A program made the position numbers and the translations under genes. A DNA stretch of 64,000 nucleotides from Candidatus Latescibacterota bacterium (GTDB lineage Bacteria; Latescibacterota; UBA2968; GCA-2709665). The notes under the pieces are model-generated. The model was not told the DNA's origin. It saw only the letters and a list, made by a program, of their open reading frames with translations, and made no database searches. The DNA is taken from the NCBI GenBank assembly GCA_965205485.1, contig OZ242180.1:3904001-3968000 (forward strand). Direction: 5' to 3'. This document shows, piece after piece, positions 1 through 10,279 of this stretch; position 1 is the first letter of the stretch; the number at the start of each line of letters is the position of its first letter.

Positions 1-148
1 GAATTCATGGGTCGTTTGTCCATCTGCCACAGAACGCGGGAACCGGGCTGTGGAAGGTCAACCGGGAACCATATAAGAAGCGACGGCGGCCCGGCTTTGT
101 CAAGCAGAAACGTGGCGGAGGAACCCCGACGGGCGCGGGAGACGGGCA

Positions 149-177
149 TTGACTTGCAGTCCCTCATGGACTATCTT
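149..177 (+). promoter_or_regulatory. putative sigma70 promoter upstream of the ggt-family gene
   Basis: TTGACT-17 nt-TATCTT. Confidence 0.5.
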
Positions 178-358
178 CCGCTTACCCCACGGTTGTCGAA
201 GCGTCGGGTCCGACACCCCCCTTCGGGATCCGGCAGCCTTGCGGGTTTTCCGCAGTGTCCTCAATGCTCCATTTCCGTTTCAAGATCCATTGGAAACGTC
301 GTGCTGGTCTCTTCGCCGGTCCAAATCCGAAGGGATCTGTCGATAAGGAATCCTGTCT

Positions 359-1987
359 ATGGCCTTCTCTTCAGTCGGAACGGTGCATCGTTCCACGGTA
401 ACCGGCACCCGGGGAATGGTTGCCAGCGGGCATCCGCTGGCGAGCCTCGCCGGGGTCCGGATGCTGCTCGAACAGGGCAATGCGTTCGACGCTGCGGTGG
501 CCGTCGCGGCGGCGCTGAATGTCGTCGAGCCATATATGTCCGGCATTGCCGGCGTGGGATATGCGCTGGTCTATTCCGCAGCGGAAGAACGCGTTCGTGT
601 ATTGGATTATTGCGGGCGCACCCCGCACGACGCCACCTCGGAGTCCTTCACGTCGCCGCACCATCAGGACGGTGGGGTGATGTCGTGCCTGGTTCCCGGC
701 GCCTGCGGCGGATGGCTCGAGCTTCTGGACAGATACGGCACGATGGACCGGGCAACGGTATTCGCGCCGGCAATTGAACTCGCCGAAAACGGCTTCCCGG
801 CCACCGTGAAGAATGCCCGGTTCATACAGGATTCCCTGCCTCGAATGCGACCATCGGGAACCCGGGTGATTCTGAGCGGCGGCCGGTCGCCCCTTGCCGG
901 GGACGTCCTGATCCAGAGAGATATTGCCCGGACGTTTCGCAGGGTCGTGGAAGGCGGCGCCGAGGTCTTCTACCGGGGAGACCTCGCATCCGAGATTGCG
1001 GGATACGTGCAGGCCGGGGGAGGACTCCTTTCGCGGAAAGACCTCGCGGATTTCGAGGTTGAATGGACCGATGCCGTTTCAACGGCCTATCGCGATTTCC
1101 ACGTGTTCTGCCCGCCGCTCCCCAGCGCGGGCTTTCACATTCTCCAGGCCCTGAATATGCTCGAAGGCTATGATCTCAAGGACTTGGGCCACCATTCTGA
1201 GGAGGCGCTCCACCTTTTTATCGAGGTACTGAAGCTGGGCAATGCGGATCGGGTGGCATTCGCCGCGGCACCTGAGGCGCCACTGGGTGGTCTGCTTTCA
1301 AAGGCATACGCGAATGAACGCAGGCGACTGATCGGGGACCGGGCGGCGGTGAATCGCGGCGAATATTACGCTGCGGTCGGCCTGCCTGGGGAGATTGCTC
1401 CGGGACAGCCGGGAGACTGGCTTAATGAATGCACGACGCATTTCGACGTGGTGGACGCGGAAGGTAATGCTGTGGCGGTTACGCAGAGCCTGGGATCGGG
1501 ATTCGGCTCGGGCGAGATTATCGGAAACACCGGAATGTTCCTGAACAATTTCATCAAATGGGCCGATACGGTGTCAGGCAGCCCCAACTGTATCGAGCCC
1601 CACAAGAAAATCGATATGTGTCTCTCGCCGTGCCAGGTTTTCAAGGATGGTCGTCTCCTGGCGGCGCTGGGCACTCCGGGAAGTTGGGGGATTCAGCAGA
1701 CGACAACCCAGTTCACCACCAATTTTCTGGATTACGGGATGAACATTCAAGCCGCCATCGAAGCGCCGAGATTCCGCTTTCAACACGCCGGCACACGCGT
1801 CTATATGGAGTCCCGGGTGCCGGCAGAAATCCGGTCCGGCCTGATTCGCCGCGGGCATCAGATCGACGTTGTCGACGCATTCTCGCACGTAACAGGGGGT
1901 GCGCAGGGGATTTCCGTAGACCACGAAAGCGGCGCCCTGATGGGTGGAGCGGATCCCCGACGGGACGGCTACGCCATTGGACTCTGA
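359..1987 (+). CDS. ggt: gamma-glutamyltransferase family Ntn-hydrolase
   Basis: GMVASGHPLAS..GNAFDAAVA..NVVEP..SGIAG N-terminus; TTHFDVVDAEGNAV nucleophile Thr; C-terminal GGADPRRDG. Confidence 0.92.
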   Translation: MAFSSVGTVHRSTVTGTRGMVASGHPLASLAGVRMLLEQGNAFDAAVAVAAALNVVEPYMSGIAGVGYALVYSAAEERVRVLDYCGRTPHDATSESFTSPHHQDGGVMSCLVPGACGGWLELLDRYGTMDRATVFAPAIELAENGFPATVKNARFIQDSLPRMRPSGTRVILSGGRSPLAGDVLIQRDIARTFRRVVEGGAEVFYRGDLASEIAGYVQAGGGLLSRKDLADFEVEWTDAVSTAYRDFHVFCPPLPSAGFHILQALNMLEGYDLKDLGHHSEEALHLFIEVLKLGNADRVAFAAAPEAPLGGLLSKAYANERRRLIGDRAAVNRGEYYAAVGLPGEIAPGQPGDWLNECTTHFDVVDAEGNAVAVTQSLGSGFGSGEIIGNTGMFLNNFIKWADTVSGSPNCIEPHKKIDMCLSPCQVFKDGRLLAALGTPGSWGIQQTTTQFTTNFLDYGMNIQAAIEAPRFRFQHAGTRVYMESRVPAEIRSGLIRRGHQIDVVDAFSHVTGGAQGISVDHESGALMGGADPRRDGYAIGL

Positions 1988-2077
1988 GACGAACCGTTGC
2001 GCCCCGACGATGGTTGAACCCCGATAGAGTGGGACCTGCCCGGCTCCCTGCGCGGTTAGCGGACGGAAGCGTTTGGC

Positions 2078-3436
2078 ATGAGGGAATTTTCATCTGCGCA
2101 CTGGAGGCGGGCGCAGGCCGAGCCGTATGAACCGGACCCGGCGGAAGTCCGCCGCAACAGGCGGCTGCTGATTCTGAACGGCGGTCTCGTCTTCATGTCG
2201 ATGACGTTGGCCAGCTCGGATATGGTGCTGCCGGCGTTCGTACAGTCGCTGACGGCCTCGAGCGTCGCGGTCGGACTGGTCGGCGCGCTGATGCGGATCG
2301 GATGGGCGTGGCCTCAGATATTCATCTCCCGAATCATTGAAAGCAGAAGACGCAAAATGCCCTTCCTGCTTCTCGCGGGCGGGATGCGCAGTTCCGTCTG
2401 GCTGGCGATCGCGGGGCTGACGTACCTGATGGGAGGTCGTCAGCCGTTTTATTTTTTAGTCTGTTTTTTGATACTGTACGCGATTTCCACCTCCATGATG
2501 GGTATCTGGAACGTCCCCTGGATGGACATTGTGGGAAAGGTCGTCCCGCCGCGAGACCGTTCGCGCCTCTTCGCGGTACGGAGGCTCTGCGGCGGCATAA
2601 CGGCGATGGCGGCTGGCGGGGTGATTACGTTCGTACTCAGCGACCGCAGCGGCGTTGCCTTTCCGGCGAACTACGCGGCGTTGTTCCTGCTGGCCGGACT
2701 GGGAAACGCGCTTTCGGTTTTCGTATTCAGCAGAATCCGGGAACCGGTGGGTCCTGTGCGGCATCTCCGGCAGCCGCTTTCCAACTACCTGAACAGCGGG
2801 TTACGCCTGCTGAAGAACGACACCGACTACCGTCGACTGTGCGGGATGCAGCTCCTGTGGTCGTTTATGATGATGGGAGCGCCGTTTTATGTGCCCTACG
2901 CGATTACCGACCTGGGGTTCGGGCTGGTCTATGTAGGCGTTTTTGTTTCAGTCATGCAGGTCAGTACCGTACTGTCAAACGCGCTCTGGGCTCACGTCGG
3001 GCATCGTAAAGGCAACCGTGCGCTTCTTGTTTACGGTTCGTATCTGATGGCGTTGTCGGTCGCCGTTCCGCTGTTGGCCGCATACGTGCCGTCACTGTCC
3101 TTCGCACCGCTTTCGAATTGGGGCATCGACTGGTCATTTGATCCGCACATCGTCTTTTATGCACTCACGTTCGTCTTTTCGGGATTCGCCAGCAGCGCGA
3201 TGTTTAACGGCCGCATGGCATACGTGTTGGAACTCGCGCCGGAAAACCGCCGTCCAACGTATACCAGTTTCCTGAACATGTTTGCGCTGCCGCAGGGGTT
3301 TCTGCCGGTGCTGGCCGGTCTGCTCGTGGCGTGGATCTCGTATCGGCCGATGTTCTGGATCGCCCTCCTGTTCGTTCCGCCCACCGTGTTCTTCGTGCAC
3401 CGGCTCGGCGATGCAGGGCTCCGGCGTTCCGATTGA
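2078..3436 (+). CDS. MFS transporter
   Basis: about 12 hydrophobic segments in two 6-TM halves; ELAPENRRPTY loop. Confidence 0.8.
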   Translation: MREFSSAHWRRAQAEPYEPDPAEVRRNRRLLILNGGLVFMSMTLASSDMVLPAFVQSLTASSVAVGLVGALMRIGWAWPQIFISRIIESRRRKMPFLLLAGGMRSSVWLAIAGLTYLMGGRQPFYFLVCFLILYAISTSMMGIWNVPWMDIVGKVVPPRDRSRLFAVRRLCGGITAMAAGGVITFVLSDRSGVAFPANYAALFLLAGLGNALSVFVFSRIREPVGPVRHLRQPLSNYLNSGLRLLKNDTDYRRLCGMQLLWSFMMMGAPFYVPYAITDLGFGLVYVGVFVSVMQVSTVLSNALWAHVGHRKGNRALLVYGSYLMALSVAVPLLAAYVPSLSFAPLSNWGIDWSFDPHIVFYALTFVFSGFASSAMFNGRMAYVLELAPENRRPTYTSFLNMFALPQGFLPVLAGLLVAWISYRPMFWIALLFVPPTVFFVHRLGDAGLRRSD

Positions 3437-3458
3437 CGGGCTCGATGGTCACGCACGT

Positions 3459-4832
3459 TCACCGGTCCAGAGTATCCGCCAGTTCTTCGGCAGGATAGGT
3501 GATGATCTCGGCGAGGGTAGGATGGTAGTGAGGAATCCGGAGAAGGTCGAAGACGGTACCCCGGTAGTAAATTACCGCGGCGAGTTCATGGATGAGTTCG
3601 GAAGCGTCGGGGCCCGTGATATGACCCGCGATGAGCTCGCCGCTTTCCGGATGGCACAGGATCTTCACCGTGCCGTGAATTTCGCCCATAACCATGGATT
3701 TCCCGTGATCGCTGAACGGATATTCCGCCGAACGATACGCGATGCGCTGTTCCCGGCATTCCCGCTCGGTTGGGCCCACGGCCGCGACCTGCGGGTCGGT
3801 GAATACAACTGAGGTTCGCAACCGATAGTCGATCGTCTTCCGGGGCGTTCCGCCGGCGGCGTTGTGGCCGGCGACCTCTCCCTGCTGCACCGCGATATGT
3901 ACGATTTCGTACGGTCCCACGCAATCGCCTGCGGCGAAGATATGTTCCGCGCTCGTCTGCATCCGGTCGTTGGCCGCAATGCTCCCGTCACGGACCTCGA
4001 CGCCGGCGCGTTCGAGTGCGAGCCCGGCGAGGTCCGGCGTACGGCCCAAAGCGTTGAAGACGACGTCGGCTGTGACCGTACGGGACTCGTTGCCCTGCAG
4101 AAAGCGCACCGTGGCGCGACCCCCTGTCCCGCTGACCTGCTGGAGGCGGGTGTCCGTGTATACCTGCATCCCTTCTTCTTTCAGGCGGGTTTCCACGGGC
4201 AGGACCATGTCCGCGTCAAAGCCGCTGAGCAGCTGGCCGCTCCTCTGTATGAGGGTGGTCCGCGAACCCATCCGACACAGAAACTGTCCCAGTTCGGCGG
4301 CGACGGCGCCGCCTCCGAGCACGATCACGGATCCGGGAAGTTCCCGCAGTTCCAGGACGTCGTCGCTCGTGAGGTAGCCCGTTTCCTCCAGACCGGGTAC
4401 GGGAATTCTGCTGACCGCGGAGCCCACGGCGATAACAAAACGCCGCCCAGAGACCTCTTCCGTGCCGACGCAAACGGAGTTCGGCGATTCAAAGCGCGCC
4501 CTGCCGCGTATCAGCTTGAATCTCGGGCTGCAAAGTTGCCGGACCCTGTAGTCCGCGAATTCGTCGACGAGCGTGCGTTTCCGGTCGTTGACTGCAGCCA
4601 GGTCGGGGGAGATGTCACCGGCATTCAGGCCGAACTCTCTGGCCCGTTTCATCAGGGAGAACACATCCGAACTGCGAAGCAGCGTCTTGGACGGCATGCA
4701 GCCGCGCAGGATACAGAGGCCGCCGAGCGGCCCTTTGTCCACAATGGCGACCTGTGCTCCGTTGTCCGCGGCGACGCGGGCGGCGGCATAGCCCGCGCTG
4801 CCTCCTCCGATGACGACGACGTCGTAAGTCAT
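3459..4832 (-). CDS. FAD-dependent pyridine nucleotide-disulfide oxidoreductase (dihydrolipoamide dehydrogenase/MerA-like family)
   Basis: YDVVVIGGGSAG, GGLCILRGCMPSK redox disulfide, second GGGAVAAE, HYHPTLAE; start moved to MTYDVV. Confidence 0.88.
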   Translation of the reverse strand: MTYDVVVIGGGSAGYAAARVAADNGAQVAIVDKGPLGGLCILRGCMPSKTLLRSSDVFSLMKRAREFGLNAGDISPDLAAVNDRKRTLVDEFADYRVRQLCSPRFKLIRGRARFESPNSVCVGTEEVSGRRFVIAVGSAVSRIPVPGLEETGYLTSDDVLELRELPGSVIVLGGGAVAAELGQFLCRMGSRTTLIQRSGQLLSGFDADMVLPVETRLKEEGMQVYTDTRLQQVSGTGGRATVRFLQGNESRTVTADVVFNALGRTPDLAGLALERAGVEVRDGSIAANDRMQTSAEHIFAAGDCVGPYEIVHIAVQQGEVAGHNAAGGTPRKTIDYRLRTSVVFTDPQVAAVGPTERECREQRIAYRSAEYPFSDHGKSMVMGEIHGTVKILCHPESGELIAGHITGPDASELIHELAAVIYYRGTVFDLLRIPHYHPTLAEIITYPAEELADTLDR

Positions 4833-5035
4833 GGCCTGCCCCTGCATTGTGAGATGATTCGCGCCTCGTCCAGGTGCGGTCAGCGAATCTAGGCACTGCG
4901 CAAACACCGGACAAGGAAAAAATGGCACAACTGCGCCGGCCGCCGGAGGGGCGTGCCGACGCCGCCGTTGTCAATTGCCAAACGAACGCCGGTTGGATGT
5001 GATAGCGGACCGGGTCCGATTGCGATGAGGCGTCC

Positions 5036-6517
5036 ATGATCTCACGGTGGCGGGAGGAGGGCGGTTACAGGGACGTGTTGCGGTTGGCGGCGCCACTTAT
5101 TCTGAGTACGGGGTCGTGGAGCCTGCAGATCTTCGTGGATCGGGTCTTCCTGAGCTGGTACGATCGGGATGTGCTCGCGGCCAGTCTTCCCGCCGGCATG
5201 TTGCACTTCACGTTTTCAAGCCTGTTCATCGGGACGGTTGCGTACGTGAACACATTTGTCGCCCAGTATTGGGGCGCGGACCGGCCCGAACGCGTGGGAC
5301 CCGCGGTGTGGCAGGGGATTTACGTCGGACTGGCGTCGGGGTTGGTTATTCTTTGTCTGATGCCGTTTTCCGGGACATTCTTTGAATGGGCGGGACATGA
5401 ACCGCGGATACGCGCGCTGGAGGCGGAGTATTTCAGGATTCTGTGCTTCATGGGGCCGGGTATTACCGGGGTGGCGGTGTCCTCTTTCTTCAGCGGTCGA
5501 GGGGACACGCGGACGGTCATGTGGGTGAATTTCCTCGCGACCGGGCTGAATATCGTCCTCGATTATGCGTGGATTTTCGGCCATTGGGGATTCCCCGAAT
5601 GGGGCATTCGCGGCGCGGCCTGGGCGACGGTAGTATCGCACCTCATGATCCCCATCGTGTTCTTCTTCCTGATGATGCGTCCCCGACACCGCGATACCCT
5701 TTGCACCCTGAGCGGATGGCGTCCGGACGCGGCGATGCTGCGTCGGCTGGTGCGTTTCGGACTGCCGAACGGCGTTCAGTTCATGTTGGAAATTCTGGGC
5801 TTTTCGATGTTCATTCTGCTGGTTGGGAAACTGGGTACCACCGCGCTGGCGGCAACGAGTGTAACGTTCAACCTGAATACGCTCGCCTTCCTCCCGATGA
5901 TGGGGCTGGGGATCGCCGTTTCAACGCTTGTGGGTCAATACCTGGGGAAGAACAGGGAGGACCTGGCCGAGCGCGGCACGTGGTCGGCGGTACACCTCAG
6001 TCTGGCGTATATGCTGGTGATGGCCGCGGGGTATGTCTTCTTGCCGGGTCTGTTTCTGAAACCGTATATTGCCGGCGCCGATCCCGAGGCGTTCGAAGAG
6101 ATCTGGGACATGTCCGTCGTCCTGTTGCGTTTCGTTGCGGTCTATTGTGTCTTCGATGCATTCTATATCGTCTTTTCAGCCGCTGTGAAGGGCGCCGGCG
6201 ATACTCGTTTCGTCATGCTCGCGTCCGTAGCGCTCGGCTGGTTCGTCATGGTCCTGCCAACCTACCTGTCGGTCGTGACGTACGGGATGGGCCTTTACGT
6301 CGCCTGGATCTTCGTCACCCTCTATCTTGTTCTGGGCGGATTGATATTCATGCTGCGTTTCCGGGGCGGCAGGTGGAAGTCGATGCGTGTCATCGAATCA
6401 TCTGAAACCGCACGGGCACGACCCATCGGACCGGCGGTGGACGATGTTGTGAACCAAAGGGCGAGTCAATCCGGCACCAGGGAATATGGAGATGAGGTCT
6501 CCCGTGATTCCCAATGA
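5036..6517 (+). CDS. MATE family efflux transporter
   Basis: 12 TM with internal repeat; GRGDTRTVM and GAGDTRFVM; NIVLDY..IFG..G.PE.GI.GAA.AT. Confidence 0.9.
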   Translation: MISRWREEGGYRDVLRLAAPLILSTGSWSLQIFVDRVFLSWYDRDVLAASLPAGMLHFTFSSLFIGTVAYVNTFVAQYWGADRPERVGPAVWQGIYVGLASGLVILCLMPFSGTFFEWAGHEPRIRALEAEYFRILCFMGPGITGVAVSSFFSGRGDTRTVMWVNFLATGLNIVLDYAWIFGHWGFPEWGIRGAAWATVVSHLMIPIVFFFLMMRPRHRDTLCTLSGWRPDAAMLRRLVRFGLPNGVQFMLEILGFSMFILLVGKLGTTALAATSVTFNLNTLAFLPMMGLGIAVSTLVGQYLGKNREDLAERGTWSAVHLSLAYMLVMAAGYVFLPGLFLKPYIAGADPEAFEEIWDMSVVLLRFVAVYCVFDAFYIVFSAAVKGAGDTRFVMLASVALGWFVMVLPTYLSVVTYGMGLYVAWIFVTLYLVLGGLIFMLRFRGGRWKSMRVIESSETARARPIGPAVDDVVNQRASQSGTREYGDEVSRDSQ

Positions 6518-6736
6518 ACCGTCGCAGCCAACGGGCGTCTGAAGAGCGTTGGTATCGCCGGATTCGCCCGTGGGTCCGGCCCGGAAGAAGGTGGACGCCG
6601 GATCCGAATCAACGGATCGACCGCTGCTATCATCCATTCGTTTTACAGACGCTGTTTGCGTAGAGGTCTGCCAGTTTGTTCGACAGACCTGCCCCGGCAC
6701 AGGGATTCAAAGTATGTGTAACCAGAGCGATATAGC

Positions 6737-9202
6737 ATGAGACGATCATGCGATTCAAGTCCAGGTAAGCCCGCGGAAAACGCTTCCGTATACGGATGGG
6801 ACCCGGTCCGCGCCGTCGCCGTGGGCGTATTCCTGATATCGCTGGCGGTATTCGTCAAGACCGCCGCGCCGACCGTTTCGTTCTGGGACTCGGGAGAGTT
6901 TATCGCTTGCGCGTTTACGTTGGGCATTCCTCACCCGCCGGGCGCGCCGCTCTATCTGCTGATCGGGCGTCTGTTTACGATGTTGCCGATCACGGAAGAC
7001 CCCGCGTTGCCCATGAATCTCATTTCGGCAATAACAAGCGCGCTCGCGGTGCTGTTCGTATACCTGATTACGGTACGTCTGGTCCTGTTGGGCACGTGCG
7101 ACGGCGAGAGAATCGTCATCCGTGTCTCGGGTGCGGTCGGGGGCGCCGTGGCCGCCCTGATGCTTGCGTTCTCGGAGACGTTCTGGTACAATGCCGTGGA
7201 GACCGAGGTGTACGGATTCTCAATCATGCTGATGGCGATGTCCCTCTGGCTGGGACTGCGGTGGATGGAACGCGCCGGGGAACCGAACAGCCACATTGTC
7301 CTCTATTTTATCGCCTATCTCATGGGTCTCGCGGGAGGTGTTCACCTGTTGTGTCTGTTGACCGTTCCCACGTTGCTGATGCTGGTCTGGTTCAGGAAGC
7401 CGGAGTTGATGAAGGACTCCAGGGCCTGGGGGTTCGCGGCGCTCCTGTTCGTCGCCGGATACTCGACGTACGCCTCACTCTACATCCGGTCCGGGTTGAA
7501 CCCGATGATCGACCAGAACAATCCGGAAACCTGGGCCAACTTCATCGGGTTCCTGGGACGGGAACAGTACGGAGCGGAAAGTATGCTGCTGGGCGTATTC
7601 AACCGAAAGGCGCCGTTCTGGGATTTCCAGATCTGGACGATGTACATCAAGTATTTCGTCGCACAGTTTCCCGTGCCCGGTATCGGATTCGTCTCGGATG
7701 CCTTTCGGCGGGCCACGTCGCATGAATTGGAGTTGGTGCGCATTTCAGTTGTACCCTATTTTCTGGGCTTCTGGGGAATCTGGGAACACTGGCGACGGGA
7801 CGCCCGGCGTTTCTGGGCAATTGCCGCGCTTTTCGTGCTTTCGGGCGTCGGGCTTTCGATTTATCTCAATATGGAAGACCCGCAGCCGAGGGAACGTGAC
7901 TACGTCTTCGTGGGCTCCTTCGCGTTGTTCTGCGTGTGGATGGGCATTGCGGCGTCGGCGGTCATTCGCGGGGCGTACAACCTGCGTGGCAGGAGTGCGG
8001 CAATTGCCGCGGCCGGCCTTCTGCTCGTAATGCCGGGGGCGTTGGCCGCGAGCCTCTATCCGACGCATGACCGGACCGGCAACCGGTTCGCGTTCGACTA
8101 TGCGGCGAATATTCTGAATTCCTGCGACCCCGACGGGATTCTGTTTACCAACGCGGATAACGACAGCTTTCCGCTCTGGTACCAGCAGGAGGTGATGGGC
8201 CTCCGAAGGGACGTGCGCGTCGTAAACCTGAGCCTGCTGAATACGCCGTGGTATATCAGGCAATTGCGGGATCTGGAGCCGAAAGTTCCCGTCAGATATA
8301 CAGACAGTTACATCGATCAGGTATTGACGGCGCATACGCCCGCGGCGGTGAGGCAGTCCGGGCGATTCTGGCCTGAGGCCAGGGAGGTGCAGGCGGCCGG
8401 ATTGAAGTGGACCGTCCAGGGAATGCCGGGAAGGGTGCTGCGCGTACAAGATGTCATGGTTTTGAAGATTGTGGATTGGAACGAGTGGGCAAGGCCGGTC
8501 TATTTCGCGTTGACCGTACCGGACGGCAACCGGATGGGACTGGGGGACTACCTGGAGATGGAGGGCATGGTTTTCCGTCTGGTGCGACGGAAGGCGTCGC
8601 CGATTCACGTTCAGAAAGCCAGGAAGCACCTGATGGACCTCTATCGGTTCAGTGGCGTCTCGGACCCGGTGGTGCATCGAAACCGGACGGCTCGAAACCT
8701 GCTGGCCAATTACCCTGCCGTATTCCTGCGCCTCGCGGAAGCCCTCGCCGAAGAAGGAGACCGGGACGGCGCATACGACGTCCTCCGTTTCTGTGAGAAA
8801 CACGCGCTTCCGCCGGAGCATTGGCAGGGCGCCGCACTGATGGCGGCGTTGATGCATCGTCTGGACCGGCCTGAGGAGACCCAGAGACTGCTGAAAATCG
8901 TGCTGGATTCGGACCTGATCGACGAAGAAACGCGTCTGGGAACCGCGGCGGAACTGCAATTGCAGATCGGCCGATACGACGCGGCAATAGAGCTTTATGA
9001 CAGGATGATCGAAAACAACATACAGGTCGAGCGGGCGCTGTTCAATCGGGCGGCGTCACGGGAACGCATCGGAGACCTCGCCGGCGCCGCCGCCGATCTG
9101 GAGGCCCTCCTGCGGTTGACGCCGGGGGAACGCGAGGTCGCGAAGGCATTGGAGACGTTACGGCGGAGGGTCAGGCGTCACGAGGCGACGGATGGTCGAT
9201 AA
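6737..9202 (+). CDS. DUF2723 / TMEM260-like GT-C membrane glycosyltransferase with C-terminal TPRs
   Basis: PTVSFWDSGEFI..LGIPHPPGAPLY; QPRERDY; TNADNDSFPLWY; helical TPR-like tail; exact start uncertain. Confidence 0.85.
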   Translation: MRRSCDSSPGKPAENASVYGWDPVRAVAVGVFLISLAVFVKTAAPTVSFWDSGEFIACAFTLGIPHPPGAPLYLLIGRLFTMLPITEDPALPMNLISAITSALAVLFVYLITVRLVLLGTCDGERIVIRVSGAVGGAVAALMLAFSETFWYNAVETEVYGFSIMLMAMSLWLGLRWMERAGEPNSHIVLYFIAYLMGLAGGVHLLCLLTVPTLLMLVWFRKPELMKDSRAWGFAALLFVAGYSTYASLYIRSGLNPMIDQNNPETWANFIGFLGREQYGAESMLLGVFNRKAPFWDFQIWTMYIKYFVAQFPVPGIGFVSDAFRRATSHELELVRISVVPYFLGFWGIWEHWRRDARRFWAIAALFVLSGVGLSIYLNMEDPQPRERDYVFVGSFALFCVWMGIAASAVIRGAYNLRGRSAAIAAAGLLLVMPGALAASLYPTHDRTGNRFAFDYAANILNSCDPDGILFTNADNDSFPLWYQQEVMGLRRDVRVVNLSLLNTPWYIRQLRDLEPKVPVRYTDSYIDQVLTAHTPAAVRQSGRFWPEAREVQAAGLKWTVQGMPGRVLRVQDVMVLKIVDWNEWARPVYFALTVPDGNRMGLGDYLEMEGMVFRLVRRKASPIHVQKARKHLMDLYRFSGVSDPVVHRNRTARNLLANYPAVFLRLAEALAEEGDRDGAYDVLRFCEKHALPPEHWQGAALMAALMHRLDRPEETQRLLKIVLDSDLIDEETRLGTAAELQLQIGRYDAAIELYDRMIENNIQVERALFNRAASRERIGDLAGAAADLEALLRLTPGEREVAKALETLRRRVRRHEATDGR

Positions 9203-10247
9203 ACCCCTGGTGTCCGTGATCGTGCCGCACTTCCTGGGGGATGTTCTCCTGACGTGTCTAGATTACCTTTATGCGAGAACAAGCGGCGCCCCGTTCGAGG
9301 TAATCGTCGCCGACGACAGGCCGTACGACGATGGAAGCCTGCAAAGGGCACAGGCTCGGTTTCCGGGCATACGGGTCGTGTGCGTTGGCGGCGGCAAGGG
9401 GATGGGCGCGGGGTGTAACAGGGGCCTGAATGCGGCACGCGGCGAATTCGCGATGTTGCTGAATAACGACGTCGAAGTCGCCGATGGCTGGCTGGCGCCT
9501 CTTCTGGCTGCAATGGAGGCCGACCCGCAGGTGGGTGTGTGCCAGCCAAAGGTGAGGTCGCTTCGTGATCGCGCGCAATTCGACTACGGAGGCGCCGCCG
9601 GCGGGATGATGGACATGCTGGGGTACACATTCTGTATGGGCCGGCTGTTTGAAACGGTTGAGGAGGATCGAGGACAGTATGATCGTTCGCAGGATATCTT
9701 CTGGGCGGTTGGGGGAGCGATGTTCCTGCGGATGAGGTGCCTGCGAGAAACCGGTCTCATGGATGAAGAGTTTTATATGCACATGGAGGAAATCGACCTG
9801 TGCTGGCGGTTCCATCTCGCGGGATACAGGGCGGTTTCCGTCCCTGAGTCGGTGGTCTATCACTTTGGAGGCTGGTCCCTCGATGCCATGGCTTTCCGGA
9901 AGGCGTATCTGAACCATAGAAACCAACTTGTAATGGTGCTGAAGAACCTGTCCGCCCTCTCTCTGGCGTGGGTGTTCCCGGTTCGGGTCCTGCTGGAACT
10001 CTGCACCGTGCTGCTCGGGATCGTGAAGCGCGACTGGAAACGCCCCGCGGCGGCGCTTTGCGGCCTCTTCTGGGTCATCTTCCATCCCGCGTCGATTCTG
10101 CGTCGGCGCCGGGACGCGCAACGGGTGCGCACCGTGGCCGACCACGAGGTCTTCCGCAATGTCTACCGCGGCGTGATCGTCTTCCGGTATTTCCTGGGAG
10201 GTGTCCGTAAGGCCTCGGATCTTTATGGCGGCAGGGGTACGCGTTAA
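9192..10247 (+). CDS. glycosyltransferase family 2
   Basis: VSVIVP, LLNNDVEV, FWAVGGAMF, HMEEIDLCWR; overlaps the upstream gene. Confidence 0.9.
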   Translation: MVDKPLVSVIVPHFLGDVLLTCLDYLYARTSGAPFEVIVADDRPYDDGSLQRAQARFPGIRVVCVGGGKGMGAGCNRGLNAARGEFAMLLNNDVEVADGWLAPLLAAMEADPQVGVCQPKVRSLRDRAQFDYGGAAGGMMDMLGYTFCMGRLFETVEEDRGQYDRSQDIFWAVGGAMFLRMRCLRETGLMDEEFYMHMEEIDLCWRFHLAGYRAVSVPESVVYHFGGWSLDAMAFRKAYLNHRNQLVMVLKNLSALSLAWVFPVRVLLELCTVLLGIVKRDWKRPAAALCGLFWVIFHPASILRRRRDAQRVRTVADHEVFRNVYRGVIVFRYFLGGVRKASDLYGGRGTR

Positions 10248-10279
10248 CTGGCAATTCAGACGATTCAAGGGGGTCCTGC

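Noticed and set aside
1..23. possible start of a minus-strand gene (MDKRPMN...)
   Set aside because: Only seven codons are visible and the RBS is weak; cannot be supported
7..777. 256-aa ORF and many other long overlapping or antisense ORFs (e.g. 3864-4892, 7745-8959, 43198-44655, 60843-62057)
   Set aside because: Shadow frames of well-supported genes in high-GC DNA; no recognisable motifs
3459..4832. mercuric reductase MerA
   Set aside because: No C-terminal Cys-Cys pair, no HMA domain, no mer genes nearby
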